IMG/VR virus record: IMGVR_UViG_3300007644_000002
Coordinates: 18,715-82,714 of that record
Length of the DNA: 64,000 bases
Direction: 5' to 3' (one strand)
Source of the DNA: a virus
Made by a program: the position numbers and the translations under genes. The notes under the pieces are model-generated. The model was not told the DNA's origin, did no database searches, and saw only the letters and a list, made by a program, of their open reading frames with translations. Of this stretch, positions 1-9,072 are shown piece after piece (position 1 is the first letter of the stretch; every line of letters starts with the position of its first letter).

Positions 1-755
1 ATATGAGTCTCATTATAACCGTGATGGTCTTGAGTAACTAACAACCTCTTAGAGATGACTTGAGTGGTAGGTGTAAGAATACCTTTACCATTCTTGTCAA
101 GCATATTGAACGGTTCGCCAATGTCGCGACAAAAGGTCAAAGTATCACACCCATGCCATGGATGTATAGCAGTATCAGATAACCCCAGATAGTTTACTTC
201 AGGTAGTGCCAGATGAGACGTGGTGTACGTTCTAAACAATCTCTGTAGGGTACAGTACGGGCCGCAGTTGATTGGAAAATTATTATTAACAAGAGTATGA
301 TTCGCCCAATGAGCAAACCGTCTATCTAGGGAATACATCCCCATAAACAAACCTATGTTGGCGTAAAGCATACTGTCCGACGCCTTCGCGAGAGATTTAA
401 ACACCTCGTATCGCTCAGGAATCAGATAGGTATCATGTTCTATAACCCAAAACTTCTCACCGGACTCTGCTTGTTGTCTCATGAGTTCCCAATGAGAACA
501 CATTCCTGCCTTCTCTGTAGGAGAGTGATCGTCCTTCGCGTTACCAGAATGTAGGTCGACTCCCATGAGACTAGCCTTCCAGTTGTAACGGTCTACATGT
601 TCTTGAAACGTATCAGACTCAGGAGTGATAGCATCAAACACTTCTATACCATCAATAAACCCATCGTCAATAGCACATTGAAAAGACTTCCGAGAAATCT
701 CAGCATACTCTTCTGACCTTTCATTACCCTTGATTACTATCTGTCTTACTTTCAA
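1..755 (-). CDS. putative glycosyltransferase (GT25/LPS-biosynthesis-like), partial, runs off window start
   Basis: Not in ORF track; translated by hand from TTG at 755: MKVRQIVIKGNERSEEYAEIS...FDAITP...EKAGMCSHWELMRQ...VIEHD; the GxxSH and EHD/EDD motifs resemble GT25. Confidence 0.55.
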   Translation of the reverse strand, partial: MKVRQIVIKGNERSEEYAEISRKSFQCAIDDGFIDGIEVFDAITPESDTFQEHVDRYNWKASLMGVDLHSGNAKDDHSPTEKAGMCSHWELMRQQAESGEKFWVIEHDTYLIPERYEVFKSLAKASDSMLYANIGLFMGMYSLDRRFAHWANHTLVNNNFPINCGPYCTLQRLFRTYTTSHLALPEVNYLGLSDTAIHPWHGCDTLTFCRDIGEPFNMLDKNGKGILTPTTQVISKRLLVTQDHHGYNETH

Positions 756-1525
756 GAAATTCTCCTTTTGATAAACTCTTCCTGATTACCACTTCTTAAC
801 CTACAATGAACAAACTTAGTAGTTGGGGTTCTCATATCATTCCAGATTTCAGACACATTATTAAAAAGCTTCACGCTGTCTGTCCATATATGACCATTCC
901 AGTCCTGACTTAACAATTGTATGTCAGCATTATTCTTATGTAACATATACTGAAGATATGGTTGAGCGGTCAGAAAATATTCATCAGGCATTCTATTTTC
1001 AAAGTCATTTAACCTAGGTGCCTTATCAATCATCCACTCTACGTATTCAGGTAGGTCAAACCAGTTCCTCGCTTTCTCTCTGATTTGTTTTGAATACAAC
1101 ACGACTCCGCTGTTAAATGATACATCAACAACAGCAACTTCTTCCTTCCATTCTTTTAGTTTCTTTAGTTTAGTCGGAGGAATTCTATCATGGAAGGTTT
1201 CTTCGACGACTCCGACTTCACCCGTGAGTTCATCAAATATATTATCAGTCAGTCCCTCGATAGGAAGAACATCAACGTCCGCGTAAAGAATTTTGTCGTA
1301 TTGGTCAAACCGAGGGTCTAGTAAGGGTTTCAGTGAACCGAAGTACACGTCATTATTTTGGATACGATTACCAGTAGTGTATTGGTAATGTGTTTGTAAG
1401 AAATCGGTATTATGCTCGAACATGTATTCAACACCGACAGTCTTAGCATATTCTGTCATAAGATGAACGCCCGCTTCTACTTCAGGGGTGATATCACCAT
1501 CGAAATATTGATATATAAGATTCAT
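752..1525 (-). CDS. glycosyltransferase, GT8-like (GT-A fold)
   Basis: KILYADVDVL DxD motif, FNSGVVL, Q-x-YL and WN motifs typical of GT8. Confidence 0.7.
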   Translation of the reverse strand: MNLIYQYFDGDITPEVEAGVHLMTEYAKTVGVEYMFEHNTDFLQTHYQYTTGNRIQNNDVYFGSLKPLLDPRFDQYDKILYADVDVLPIEGLTDNIFDELTGEVGVVEETFHDRIPPTKLKKLKEWKEEVAVVDVSFNSGVVLYSKQIREKARNWFDLPEYVEWMIDKAPRLNDFENRMPDEYFLTAQPYLQYMLHKNNADIQLLSQDWNGHIWTDSVKLFNNVSEIWNDMRTPTTKFVHCRLRSGNQEEFIKRRIS

Positions 1526-1543
1526 TCATCAGTTTCCATAATT

Positions 1544-1573
1544 AAAAAAAAGGGAGACATTGCTGTCCCCCTT
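1544..1573 (-). terminator. rho-independent terminator after hsp20 and small ORF
   Basis: Minus strand AAGGGGGACAGCAATGTCTCCC followed by a T run. Confidence 0.75.
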
Positions 1574-1579
1574 ATTTAG

Positions 1580-1687
1580 TTAAGCAAGTAAGGTTAGACA
1601 ATACATAATGGTATAGCCACTAAGTACCGCAGCACAGATAACACCGATTTGGTCAATACGACTGTTATACGATTTTCTCTTTTGCAT
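1580..1687 (-). CDS. small 35-aa membrane peptide
   Basis: Hand translation MQKRKSYNSRIDQIGVICAAVLSGYTIMYCLTLLA; GAGGA RBS upstream; overlaps hsp20 end; one hydrophobic segment. Confidence 0.5.
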   Translation of the reverse strand: MQKRKSYNSRIDQIGVICAAVLSGYTIMYCLTLLA

Positions 1688-2117
1688 TTTTTGTTTCCTC
1701 GTTAGAATTGATTGATATCTTACGAGGCTTCTGACTATCAGGTATTACGACTTCCAATTTTATGGCAAGTAACCCATTCCTGAAATCAGCTCCAGTTACT
1801 TCAACATACTCCGACAGACGGAATTGTTTCTCAAACTTCTTAGTTGAGATACCCTTGTGAATATATTCCCTACCACGGTCTTCATGCTTACCTCGAACGG
1901 TAAGTGTGCGGTTCTGTATTACGATATCGATTTCATCTTCACCGAAACCGGCACATGCTAATTCGATAAGGTAATTGTTACCCCCAGTAGTAATAATATT
2001 ATGTGGGGGAAAGTTATCGCCCGAGTTGCGTGAGACGCGGTCTAGGTCTTGAAACATAGAATCGAATCCTACGAATGCTGAGCGAGGGAATAGTGATTTT
2101 GTTGCTGTGTTTGTCAT
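1665..2117 (-). CDS. hsp20: small heat shock protein (Hsp20/IbpA family)
   Basis: FPPHNII, IELACAGF, YIHKGIS, A.F.NGLLAI, PRKISI alpha-crystallin motifs. Confidence 0.95.
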   Translation of the reverse strand: MTNTATKSLFPRSAFVGFDSMFQDLDRVSRNSGDNFPPHNIITTGGNNYLIELACAGFGEDEIDIVIQNRTLTVRGKHEDRGREYIHKGISTKKFEKQFRLSEYVEVTGADFRNGLLAIKLEVVIPDSQKPRKISINSNEETKNAKEKIV

Positions 2118-2184
2118 GTAATGACTCCTTAATTAAAAGCAAGTATAATAGGATACCCGAACCATTCGGCATATCCTGAGTCGC

Positions 2185-2192
2185 TATTTATA
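2185..2192 (-). promoter_or_regulatory. T4-type late promoter upstream of hsp20
   Basis: TATAAATA on minus strand. Confidence 0.7.
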
Positions 2193-2204
2193 CAAATAAC
2201 AACC

Positions 2205-2744
2205 TTAGTAGTATTTCGACGGACAAGGGTCACCTTCAACTCCGAAGGAGAAGGAGACTCGTGATTCTCGTGGAATTACTTGATGATGCGTACCTCGGGG
2301 GAGGTACACGTACATACCCGGCTTAAAATCAAAAGGTTCATTGTTATTGACACCTTCTACTTTTAAACCGACAGTGCTGATCACTTGGACGAGAAAAACG
2401 TCCATAGAGTCTTTATGCCAAGGGTATGACCCACTCGCACGACCAAATCCACTAAACGCGATGTTAGTGATTTTATTGGCGTGTAGGGTGAATACGTCTT
2501 GCATCTCTTCATAAATGTTCTTAGCAAACTCCGGAGCACTTCCGCGAGAATGAAACTTATTTAATCCGATACGCATTTTGTCTGAGTTGCGATCATATAG
2601 ATCGTCTGGATGCGAGTCCATCATCTTCATGAACTCATTCCAGCTGTAGGTATCTTCCATATTAAACGGAAGACTACCCACAAACGGAATTTTATTTTTT
2701 ATATTGTCGTCACGGTTTTCAAAAATATCATAATAATCTGACAT
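2205..2744 (-). CDS. cupin/JmjC-like 2OG-Fe(II) oxygenase (Cupin_4-like)
   Basis: WHKDSMDVFLVQ (HxD), PGMYVYLPRGTHH, RVSFSFG. Confidence 0.75.
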   Translation of the reverse strand: MSDYYDIFENRDDNIKNKIPFVGSLPFNMEDTYSWNEFMKMMDSHPDDLYDRNSDKMRIGLNKFHSRGSAPEFAKNIYEEMQDVFTLHANKITNIAFSGFGRASGSYPWHKDSMDVFLVQVISTVGLKVEGVNNNEPFDFKPGMYVYLPRGTHHQVIPRESRVSFSFGVEGDPCPSKYY

Positions 2745-2764
2745 GATTTAGGTATTCCAAATAA

Positions 2765-3175
2765 TTAATTATTACCTATATTGTACTTAGGCTGTAATGT
2801 CCAGTTGGCCTTATCTTGGTACGATATAATTTTAATCTGCCTCATCGGAGCGCAGTCTTTAGCAACTTCTTTATTCACTATGGCAACAAGACCCCAGTCC
2901 TGTAATAGAGTTGCTATGGTATTGCGACGTTCTACATCGCCTTCCTCAAGATTACTTTTCTTCCCATCTAGTAAAAACAGTTCTTTAAAATGAACTATGA
3001 AGTATCTACCCTGCTTATGTAGGATATGACAAGATTGGAATAGAGTATTGTCGCGACGGGATGCGACACCTATTCTGGTCAAAGTTTCTCTAACTTTGAG
3101 GAAGTCATCTGGCTCAGCCAACGTTATTTCTAACATCATATCTAAGTTCCATTTAACGAGATTTTTCTCTTCCAC
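2765..3175 (-). CDS. regA: translational repressor RegA
   Basis: DDFLKVRETLTRIGVASR, LFQSCHILHKQGRYFIVHFKELF, RRNTIA.LL.DWGL; true start may be a downstream Met. Confidence 0.97.
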   Translation of the reverse strand: MEEKNLVKWNLDMMLEITLAEPDDFLKVRETLTRIGVASRRDNTLFQSCHILHKQGRYFIVHFKELFLLDGKKSNLEEGDVERRNTIATLLQDWGLVAIVNKEVAKDCAPMRQIKIISYQDKANWTLQPKYNIGNN

Positions 3176-3560
3176 CTTTATACACCTTATTTTTTATTAC
3201 GCTGATCTGTTCATCAGTCAATAATGATAGAGCCTGCCTGGCCTTTTCATTACTGTATCCATAATATTCTTTTATTAATTGAATGGCATCAGTCTGACTT
3301 GCTTTATTCCACTTAGAAAATCTCTTTCTTTTCCTAACAATATTTATAAGAAAGTCATTCTGAAGTCGCACACTAATATGATGTAATCTGTTCATTTCGT
3401 TGGCAAGAATTACGGTATCTGAGAAGTAGGATAGAGACCTATTAATCAGATAACTGTTATAATATGTATCATTATCCGCGTCTCCGACCAACAAATTCTT
3501 CTTGGTGTCATTAATGCTTTTTACGAAGTCAAAGGGACTTAATTTTTTAGATTCGGTCAT
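3153..3560 (-). CDS. gp62: clamp loader small subunit gp62
   Basis: SPFDFVKSIN, ANEMN, RKRKRFSKW, IKEYYGYSNEKA; position upstream of regA. Confidence 0.92.
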   Translation of the reverse strand: MTESKKLSPFDFVKSINDTKKNLLVGDADNDTYYNSYLINRSLSYFSDTVILANEMNRLHHISVRLQNDFLINIVRKRKRFSKWNKASQTDAIQLIKEYYGYSNEKARQALSLLTDEQISVIKNKVYKGGREKSR

Positions 3561-4203
3561 CTATCTTACACCATCCTCTTCTAAAGTCTTTTTCATATAA
3601 CGTATTAATTCTAGCAATCTGGTCTGCAGTCATGATACCATCGTATACTTTCATAGTACTAGCGTTGTCATGAATGTTTAGTCTATCCGCAGACAACCCC
3701 AGAGCAGAGGACTCATTTATCAGCACTAGTAATCTATTTAGTTCACTGATATCTACGACAATATCGTAGTCTTCCGGAACGCCCATGTACCATGACTGAG
3801 TATAGAAGTGATTATTTTTAACAGAACCATCTTCCATAGATATAATAACTTTTTCAATGTCACTATCCAATGAAGGAAGTTCATTACCACGGCCGCTGCG
3901 AATGTGGCGGGCCTGGTTCGCTACGATGTACTCACACGCAGATTTGAATCTATCAATTGGATCTCTTCGAACCGCAAGTCTAAAACTATCCTTACGGAAG
4001 GGAATATCGAATTGGTCTCCTTCTTTGCGGACTTTATCTAGTCTACCCGCACGACCAATATACTCATCGTGACCTCTATGAATTCTATACAATTCTTTTA
4101 GGGTAGACATACCGTTCTTGGGGCAAAGTCTCACATCAACATTATTAGGAAAATATAATACGTTATCGGCGGGAGACATTTCATATAGTGAAGTATTTTG
4201 CAT
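3547..4203 (-). CDS. sulfotransferase family 2-like protein
   Basis: PKNGMSTLK (5'-PSB, PKxGxT/S) and VRRDPIDRFKSA (3'-PB, RDPxxRxxS) motifs, HF..Q, and YEKDF near the C-terminus. Confidence 0.75.
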   Translation of the reverse strand: MQNTSLYEMSPADNVLYFPNNVDVRLCPKNGMSTLKELYRIHRGHDEYIGRAGRLDKVRKEGDQFDIPFRKDSFRLAVRRDPIDRFKSACEYIVANQARHIRSGRGNELPSLDSDIEKVIISMEDGSVKNNHFYTQSWYMGVPEDYDIVVDISELNRLLVLINESSALGLSADRLNIHDNASTMKVYDGIMTADQIARINTLYEKDFRRGWCKIDDRI

Positions 4204-5147
4204 TATGCTTTTATTTCCACGTTTGCCATGACCTCAGTGAGGCAGGCGACTAGGTTAAGTTCGTGATCTTGAACAAACGCATTCTTATATTGATAATCAC
4301 CAAGTATCAGCACTAATTGTGGAATACTATTGGGCACAACATAATCATACATTTTATCGTATATGCCGCGAAAGATTGCGGCGGGCTCTATATCTATATT
4401 ATTTACGACCCAAGAACGCATACTCTTAAAGTTTTTATCTCGAATAGCCTTGAATAACGCAGTATATGGGTCAGAGACTTGCTTAGCTGCTGTTAGCGGG
4501 ATGTTCAGAGTGCCAGAGATAGAACCACGCTGCATCTCATTGATGACCCTGCGCCAGTCAGGAGCGTGCCGCATGATGAGGTTTGCGATCACGTTATTAT
4601 CAAACTGAACGTTCTCTTCTTTGAGAATATGTTGGGCGCGAGACATGAATTGCCCACACAACTGAACCATAACTGTTTTGTTAAAATTGAACTGGTATTT
4701 GGAACATCTAGAGTGAAGAGGTTCGATAATACGGTTCTCGAAGTTACAAGTCATAATAAAACGACAGTTCTTAGAAAACTCTTCGATGAACCCACGGAGA
4801 GCAGGTTGGGTCGATTGGGGATTGAGGTAGTCCGCCTCATCTAGGATGACAACTTTGTAACCACCCTGTAAGGATACCGAGGAAGCAAACTGTTTAATCT
4901 TACCACGTAGGGTATCAATGTTACCTTCTTCCGACCCGTTCACAATGATGTAATCTACGTCCAGTTCTTCACAGATAGCACGTGCGACAGTAGTCTTACC
5001 AGTACCAGCGGTACCAGTGAACATCATATTAGGAATCTCGCCACCATCGACGATTTTCTGGAAGGTGGTCTTCAGTTCTGTAGGAAGGATTGTTTCTGAA
5101 ACTTTTGATGGGCGATACTTCTCAACCCAAAGGAATTCTTTGCTCAT
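4203..5147 (-). CDS. gp44: clamp loader large subunit gp44 (AAA+)
   Basis: LWVEKYRP, GTAGTGKTT Walker A, ILDEAD Walker B, SRC motif. Confidence 0.97.
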   Translation of the reverse strand: MSKEFLWVEKYRPSKVSETILPTELKTTFQKIVDGGEIPNMMFTGTAGTGKTTVARAICEELDVDYIIVNGSEEGNIDTLRGKIKQFASSVSLQGGYKVVILDEADYLNPQSTQPALRGFIEEFSKNCRFIMTCNFENRIIEPLHSRCSKYQFNFNKTVMVQLCGQFMSRAQHILKEENVQFDNNVIANLIMRHAPDWRRVINEMQRGSISGTLNIPLTAAKQVSDPYTALFKAIRDKNFKSMRSWVVNNIDIEPAAIFRGIYDKMYDYVVPNSIPQLVLILGDYQYKNAFVQDHELNLVACLTEVMANVEIKA

Positions 5148-5190
5148 GTGTTACTCCATAATAAAATAAATGTATCTTTCAACGAGAGCT

Positions 5191-5219
5191 ATTATACTAC
5201 AATAACTCTCTCATGTAAA
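5191..5219 (-). promoter_or_regulatory. sigma70-type promoter for gp44
   Basis: TTTACA-17 nt-TATAAT on minus strand. Confidence 0.65.
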
Positions 5220-5225
5220 TAGGTA

Positions 5226-6314
5226 TTAATCAAATAAGTTAAATAAATCTAAAGATTCCCACGGCCAGTAGGTGTAACCAAAATGTCCCCACCTCGCGGT
5301 CTCTTTTAAGTTTATGGAAAAGAGATCGAAACGGTCAATGATTCCTTTGGGTGTCAGGTCAACAGTATCCAGAACCAATTTTACGAGGTCTTCGCGCACT
5401 TGTCCGTCCGCATAGATGTATAAACTAGTGGGTTCTTTCACACCAATAGCATAACTCAACTGAACGGTACAGTTACTCACACCAAAAGAATGAACAATAT
5501 TCTTTGCGATGTAACGTGCCATATATGCGCCAGAACGGTCAACCTTGGTACAGTCTTTACCACTAAACGCACCACCACCATGTGGACAGTACCCACCATA
5601 GGTGTCTACAATAATCTTTCGACCAGTAACACCAGCATCACCATCAGGGCCGCCAATGATAAACTGACCTGTGGGATTAATAAGATATTCAGTTTGGTTA
5701 TCGACCCAATCACCGAGACATTTTTTGATAAGTTCTTTTATATTAGTTCGTACAATCTCTATATCTTGCTTTGCGGTATGTTGCGCACTACAAACGACTT
5801 TAGACACTCGAAGAGGTTTACCTGTTTCAGCATAATCGACAGAGACCTGAGACTTGATGTCGGGGCCATACTTTGAATACGCACTAACACTTTCTATTAT
5901 CTTTTTACTGAGACTAATTGCGAGAGGCATATAGGTATCGGTCTCTGTACACGCATAACCAAACATTAGTCCTTGGTCACCCGCACCGAAGTCATCAGTA
6001 CCTAGAGCGATGTCAGCAGATTGACCGTGTAGTTCATTGTAAACCTTTAAGTTTCTCCAATGGAAACCATCTTGTTCGTAACCAATTTCATACACAACGT
6101 CTCGAACAATCTGTTCAATACGTTTCTTGTCAAACTTATCGCTCTTATATTCTCCAGCAAGGACTACCATGTTAGTAGTTACAAGGGTTTCGACCGCAGC
6201 GCGATGGGAGGGGTTTTTATCTATCAGGTAGGTTGCTACAGCATCAGATATGATGTCAGCAATTTTATCGGGGTGGCCACTACTAACGCTTTCACTAGTA
6301 AAAGTGTAACTCAT
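5226..6314 (-). CDS. metK: S-adenosylmethionine synthetase
   Basis: FTSESVSSGHPDK, GAGDQGLMFGYA, GPDGDAGVTGRKIIVDTYG, HGGGAFSGKD.TKVDRS signatures. Confidence 0.97.
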   Translation of the reverse strand: MSYTFTSESVSSGHPDKIADIISDAVATYLIDKNPSHRAAVETLVTTNMVVLAGEYKSDKFDKKRIEQIVRDVVYEIGYEQDGFHWRNLKVYNELHGQSADIALGTDDFGAGDQGLMFGYACTETDTYMPLAISLSKKIIESVSAYSKYGPDIKSQVSVDYAETGKPLRVSKVVCSAQHTAKQDIEIVRTNIKELIKKCLGDWVDNQTEYLINPTGQFIIGGPDGDAGVTGRKIIVDTYGGYCPHGGGAFSGKDCTKVDRSGAYMARYIAKNIVHSFGVSNCTVQLSYAIGVKEPTSLYIYADGQVREDLVKLVLDTVDLTPKGIIDRFDLFSINLKETARWGHFGYTYWPWESLDLFNLFD

Positions 6315-6338
6315 AATAAATTCTCATAATATATAAAA

Positions 6339-6414
6339 TGGAGCCGCCTATCCGATTCGAACGGATCACCTGCTGATTACAAGTCAGCTGCTCTACCAAA
6401 TGAGCTAAGGCGGC
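6339..6414 (-). tRNA. trnT: tRNA-Thr(UGU)
   Basis: GCCGCCT acceptor stem, TAGCTCATTTGGTAGAGC D arm, CTGACTTGTAATCAG anticodon arm, GTTCGAATC T loop, encoded CCA; 76 nt. Confidence 0.95.
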
Positions 6415-6441
6415 ATTTACTTTCTAACTATTAGTATATAG

Positions 6442-6624
6442 TCAGAGTTTAACTATCAATGTTACCAGTATAGCAAGTAGTAACATATTAGTCGTAAAGA
6501 TTTCTATCGCTAGTATTGTGTGATACCAAACCCAACGAGTCTTGTAAGCATTCTCGACGGTAATATCGTCGGGGTCTGCATCGGTCATTGGTGTTGAGGT
6601 TATTCCTCTTAAAAATTTAAACAT
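6442..6624 (-). CDS. small membrane protein
   Basis: 60 aa ORF with hydrophobic C-terminal helix, overlaps upstream stop. Confidence 0.6.
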   Translation of the reverse strand: MFKFLRGITSTPMTDADPDDITVENAYKTRWVWYHTILAIEIFTTNMLLLAILVTLIVKL

Positions 6625-7264
6625 CGTTACGCCGTATGAGAGTTACTTTAGCATTATGGTTTTCCGTTTTAGCAGGCCCTTTACTAGGAAAGTACCTACA
6701 GTAGTTTACAATAGAATATAGACCGTCGTGTTCAGCATTAAACTTTCTAAACGTACTAGCGACAGAATCAGTTTCAGTGTCGTCTAGGACTATAAAAGGT
6801 ACTTTAAGTTGATGACATAAATTAAGGTCGTTCATAGCACATTCTTTACTATGACCACCATCAACAAATACCACGTCTAGACCTTTAGGAAAGTTGTCTA
6901 CAGTCATTGTCAATGAATCTATTTTAGTGAATTCAAATCTATCACCAAATAGTTCTTTAGTTAACACGGCATTAGGTTCGGTGTAATCATGAAACCCTAT
7001 GTCGTAAGAATGTACTTTAAGATTAGGAAACAAAGTGAGTAGCAAATTACTACTATGTCCTGCGTTAAATCCTATCTCAGCAATACTCTTAAAGTTAGTT
7101 AACTTCTGAACACCATACCAGAACTGAAATAATCTGGTTTGAGGTTTCATATAGCCTTCAGTTATCTTTCGTGTTTCTAGATAGGGGAAAGATATTGCCT
7201 CTAACTCGTCATATGTGTATTTAGTACGATCTTTTAAATAATCAGTCATTTCTTCTTTTTTCAC
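6617..7264 (-). CDS. class I SAM-dependent methyltransferase (Methyltransf_24-like)
   Basis: IAEIGFNAGHSS motif I, VVFVDGGH, IVLDD. Confidence 0.85.
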   Translation of the reverse strand: MKKEEMTDYLKDRTKYTYDELEAISFPYLETRKITEGYMKPQTRLFQFWYGVQKLTNFKSIAEIGFNAGHSSNLLLTLFPNLKVHSYDIGFHDYTEPNAVLTKELFGDRFEFTKIDSLTMTVDNFPKGLDVVFVDGGHSKECAMNDLNLCHQLKVPFIVLDDTETDSVASTFRKFNAEHDGLYSIVNYCRYFPSKGPAKTENHNAKVTLIRRNDV

Positions 7265-7469
7265 TATAATGACGCACTATGTATATTCGAGTAAATGCGA
7301 CAACAGAAAACCAACAAGTAATTATGTTAGAAATCCAGAACGGACTGGTTATCTCCCACTCACCTACAATCAACCACAAAAAGAAAATGTTGAGGGGGTA
7401 ATTTATCATCGCCCCCGTCAACACATGTATCGCAGCTTCTTTAGCTATATAGGGATTTAGTTTAAACAA
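7242..7469 (-). CDS. small two-TM membrane protein
   Basis: Two hydrophobic segments, overlaps both neighbours. Confidence 0.6.
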   Translation of the reverse strand: MFKLNPYIAKEAAIHVLTGAMINYPLNIFFLWLIVGEWEITSPFWISNIITCWFSVVAFTRIYIVRHYSEKRRND

Positions 7470-7993
7470 CTATTTCTCAAAACATCTACTAGATTCTCGG
7501 GAGAAGAAACACTGTACGGGTCAAGTGGACAGTCATCCATACAACCATCTTCAGGTAAGAAATTCGTGACAACCATGTCATTAACTACCATAGAATATCT
7601 CCAAGAACGTTCACCAAATCCTAGATTACGTTTAGATACAGACATTCCAAGACTGAGAGCAAAGTCACCATTACCATCTGGTAACATCTTAACATTCTTG
7701 ATACCTAACTTTTCTGCCCACTGAAACATACTGAAGGCATCATTGACAGATGTACAATATATTTCATCAATACCTAAGTCCATAAACTCTTGGTACATAT
7801 GTTCGTAAGAAGGTAACTGTTCGTTAGAACACGTAGGAGTAAATGCGCCTGGCAGTCCGAAGATTACTACACGTTTACCACCGATCAGTTCAGATAGATT
7901 TTTGCGCACCCAAACAAATGGGTTGTCTCCACCTATAGAGTCATCACGTTCTCTGAGATGAAATGTCACGTCAGTTAAAAACGGGTCAAACAT
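7457..7993 (-). CDS. peroxiredoxin (Prx5/Redoxin family)
   Basis: GLPGAFTPTCS, SVNDAF, DGNGDF, GERSWRYSM. Confidence 0.93.
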   Translation of the reverse strand: MFDPFLTDVTFHLRERDDSIGGDNPFVWVRKNLSELIGGKRVVIFGLPGAFTPTCSNEQLPSYEHMYQEFMDLGIDEIYCTSVNDAFSMFQWAEKLGIKNVKMLPDGNGDFALSLGMSVSKRNLGFGERSWRYSMVVNDMVVTNFLPEDGCMDDCPLDPYSVSSPENLVDVLRNSCLN

Positions 7994-8101
7994 ATTTTAC
8001 TCCAATAAAAGTGATGGTGTGGGGTGATCATAATAAACATATATTCAATCAAATCAATGGGGGCAAAGAAATATTGCCCACACCATCAAAAGGGTTACAA
8101 A

Positions 8102-8332
8102 TTATTTCTTAGCAGGTTTACTGCTGGATTCTTCGATAGCGGCAGCTGCGGCTGCTTGAGCAATACGCTCATACAACGCGACTACTTGAACACCTTGGTC
8201 ACGTAGTTGACCGATAGTGGTGAGTTCTTCACCTTTAAAGGCACCACGGGTTACGATGGTATCAATAACTGCGATACACGAACGTGCTACGCGGTTTGCT
8301 AAATCATTAAGTTGTGCTTGTTCTGGGGTCAT
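8102..8332 (-). CDS. hypothetical protein
   Basis: 76 aa ORF coupled to gp45 stop; RGAFKGEEL motif. Confidence 0.7.
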   Translation of the reverse strand: MTPEQAQLNDLANRVARSCIAVIDTIVTRGAFKGEELTTIGQLRDQGVQVVALYERIAQAAAAAAIEESSSKPAKK

Positions 8333-9015
8333 TATTTTGCTCCTGTTGATGAATTTTCTACTGCAATAAAGTATTCGATTTCTGATTGAAGAGACTTGAA
8401 TTTAGAAATGAGACGATTGCTCACACCAACCTCGTAGTCTTCACCAATCAATTTAAGGTTATTCACACCAATAACATAATTAAACTCAGAACCTTCGGGG
8501 TACGTACCCTCTACGGTAATTGAGAATGAATTAGATGATTGGGATGTCTTGGACTTACCGTCGACGACGATCTCAATAGCACCATTACTTGGTCGTATAT
8601 TAATCTCTTCGTGACCTAGCGCTGAGGCGGCACGTTTGATTTTAGACAAAGTATCGTTAGTGAGAACGAACTTGACTTCAGCATCTGGCATCTGAATATC
8701 TTTCTTAGGTGCCGTCAGCATTTCTGGGTCGCAATAGAAATACTTGACTGAAGATAGTCCGCTTCCATCCCGTATAGAACAGTTCTTTTCATCGAACTCG
8801 ATTCTTGGATTGTCTACAAGATTTAGTACTGACAAAAACTCAGACAAATCATAGATACCAAAGTCAGTCGGGAAAGACTCTTCTATTACAGCAGTTACAA
8901 CCAAGTTCTTCTTGATTGACATAGTTTTTAAAATGTTGCCTTTAGCGACAACGATGTTGGGGTTAATGTTTGCGAAGTTTCGCAAGATGTCGATTGTTCT
9001 ACTAGTTAATTCCAT
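8332..9015 (-). CDS. gp45: sliding clamp gp45
   Basis: LRNFANINPNI, FGIYDLSEFL, YFIAVE; synteny after gp46. Confidence 0.95.
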   Translation of the reverse strand: MELTSRTIDILRNFANINPNIVVAKGNILKTMSIKKNLVVTAVIEESFPTDFGIYDLSEFLSVLNLVDNPRIEFDEKNCSIRDGSGLSSVKYFYCDPEMLTAPKKDIQMPDAEVKFVLTNDTLSKIKRAASALGHEEINIRPSNGAIEIVVDGKSKTSQSSNSFSITVEGTYPEGSEFNYVIGVNNLKLIGEDYEVGVSNRLISKFKSLQSEIEYFIAVENSSTGAK

Positions 9016-9043
9016 TGAATGTTTCCTCGTTCAAGATGTAGCC

Positions 9044-9072
9044 ATTATATATTAAATGGGGGTGAGTGTCAA
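9044..9072 (-). promoter_or_regulatory. consensus sigma70 promoter for gp45
   Basis: TTGACA (9072-9067)-17 nt-TATAAT (9049-9044). Confidence 0.8.

Noticed and set aside
6339-6414. tRNA as a prophage integration site
   Set aside because: No integrase or att duplication seen; flanked by phage genes on both sides, consistent with a lytic T4-like phage tRNA
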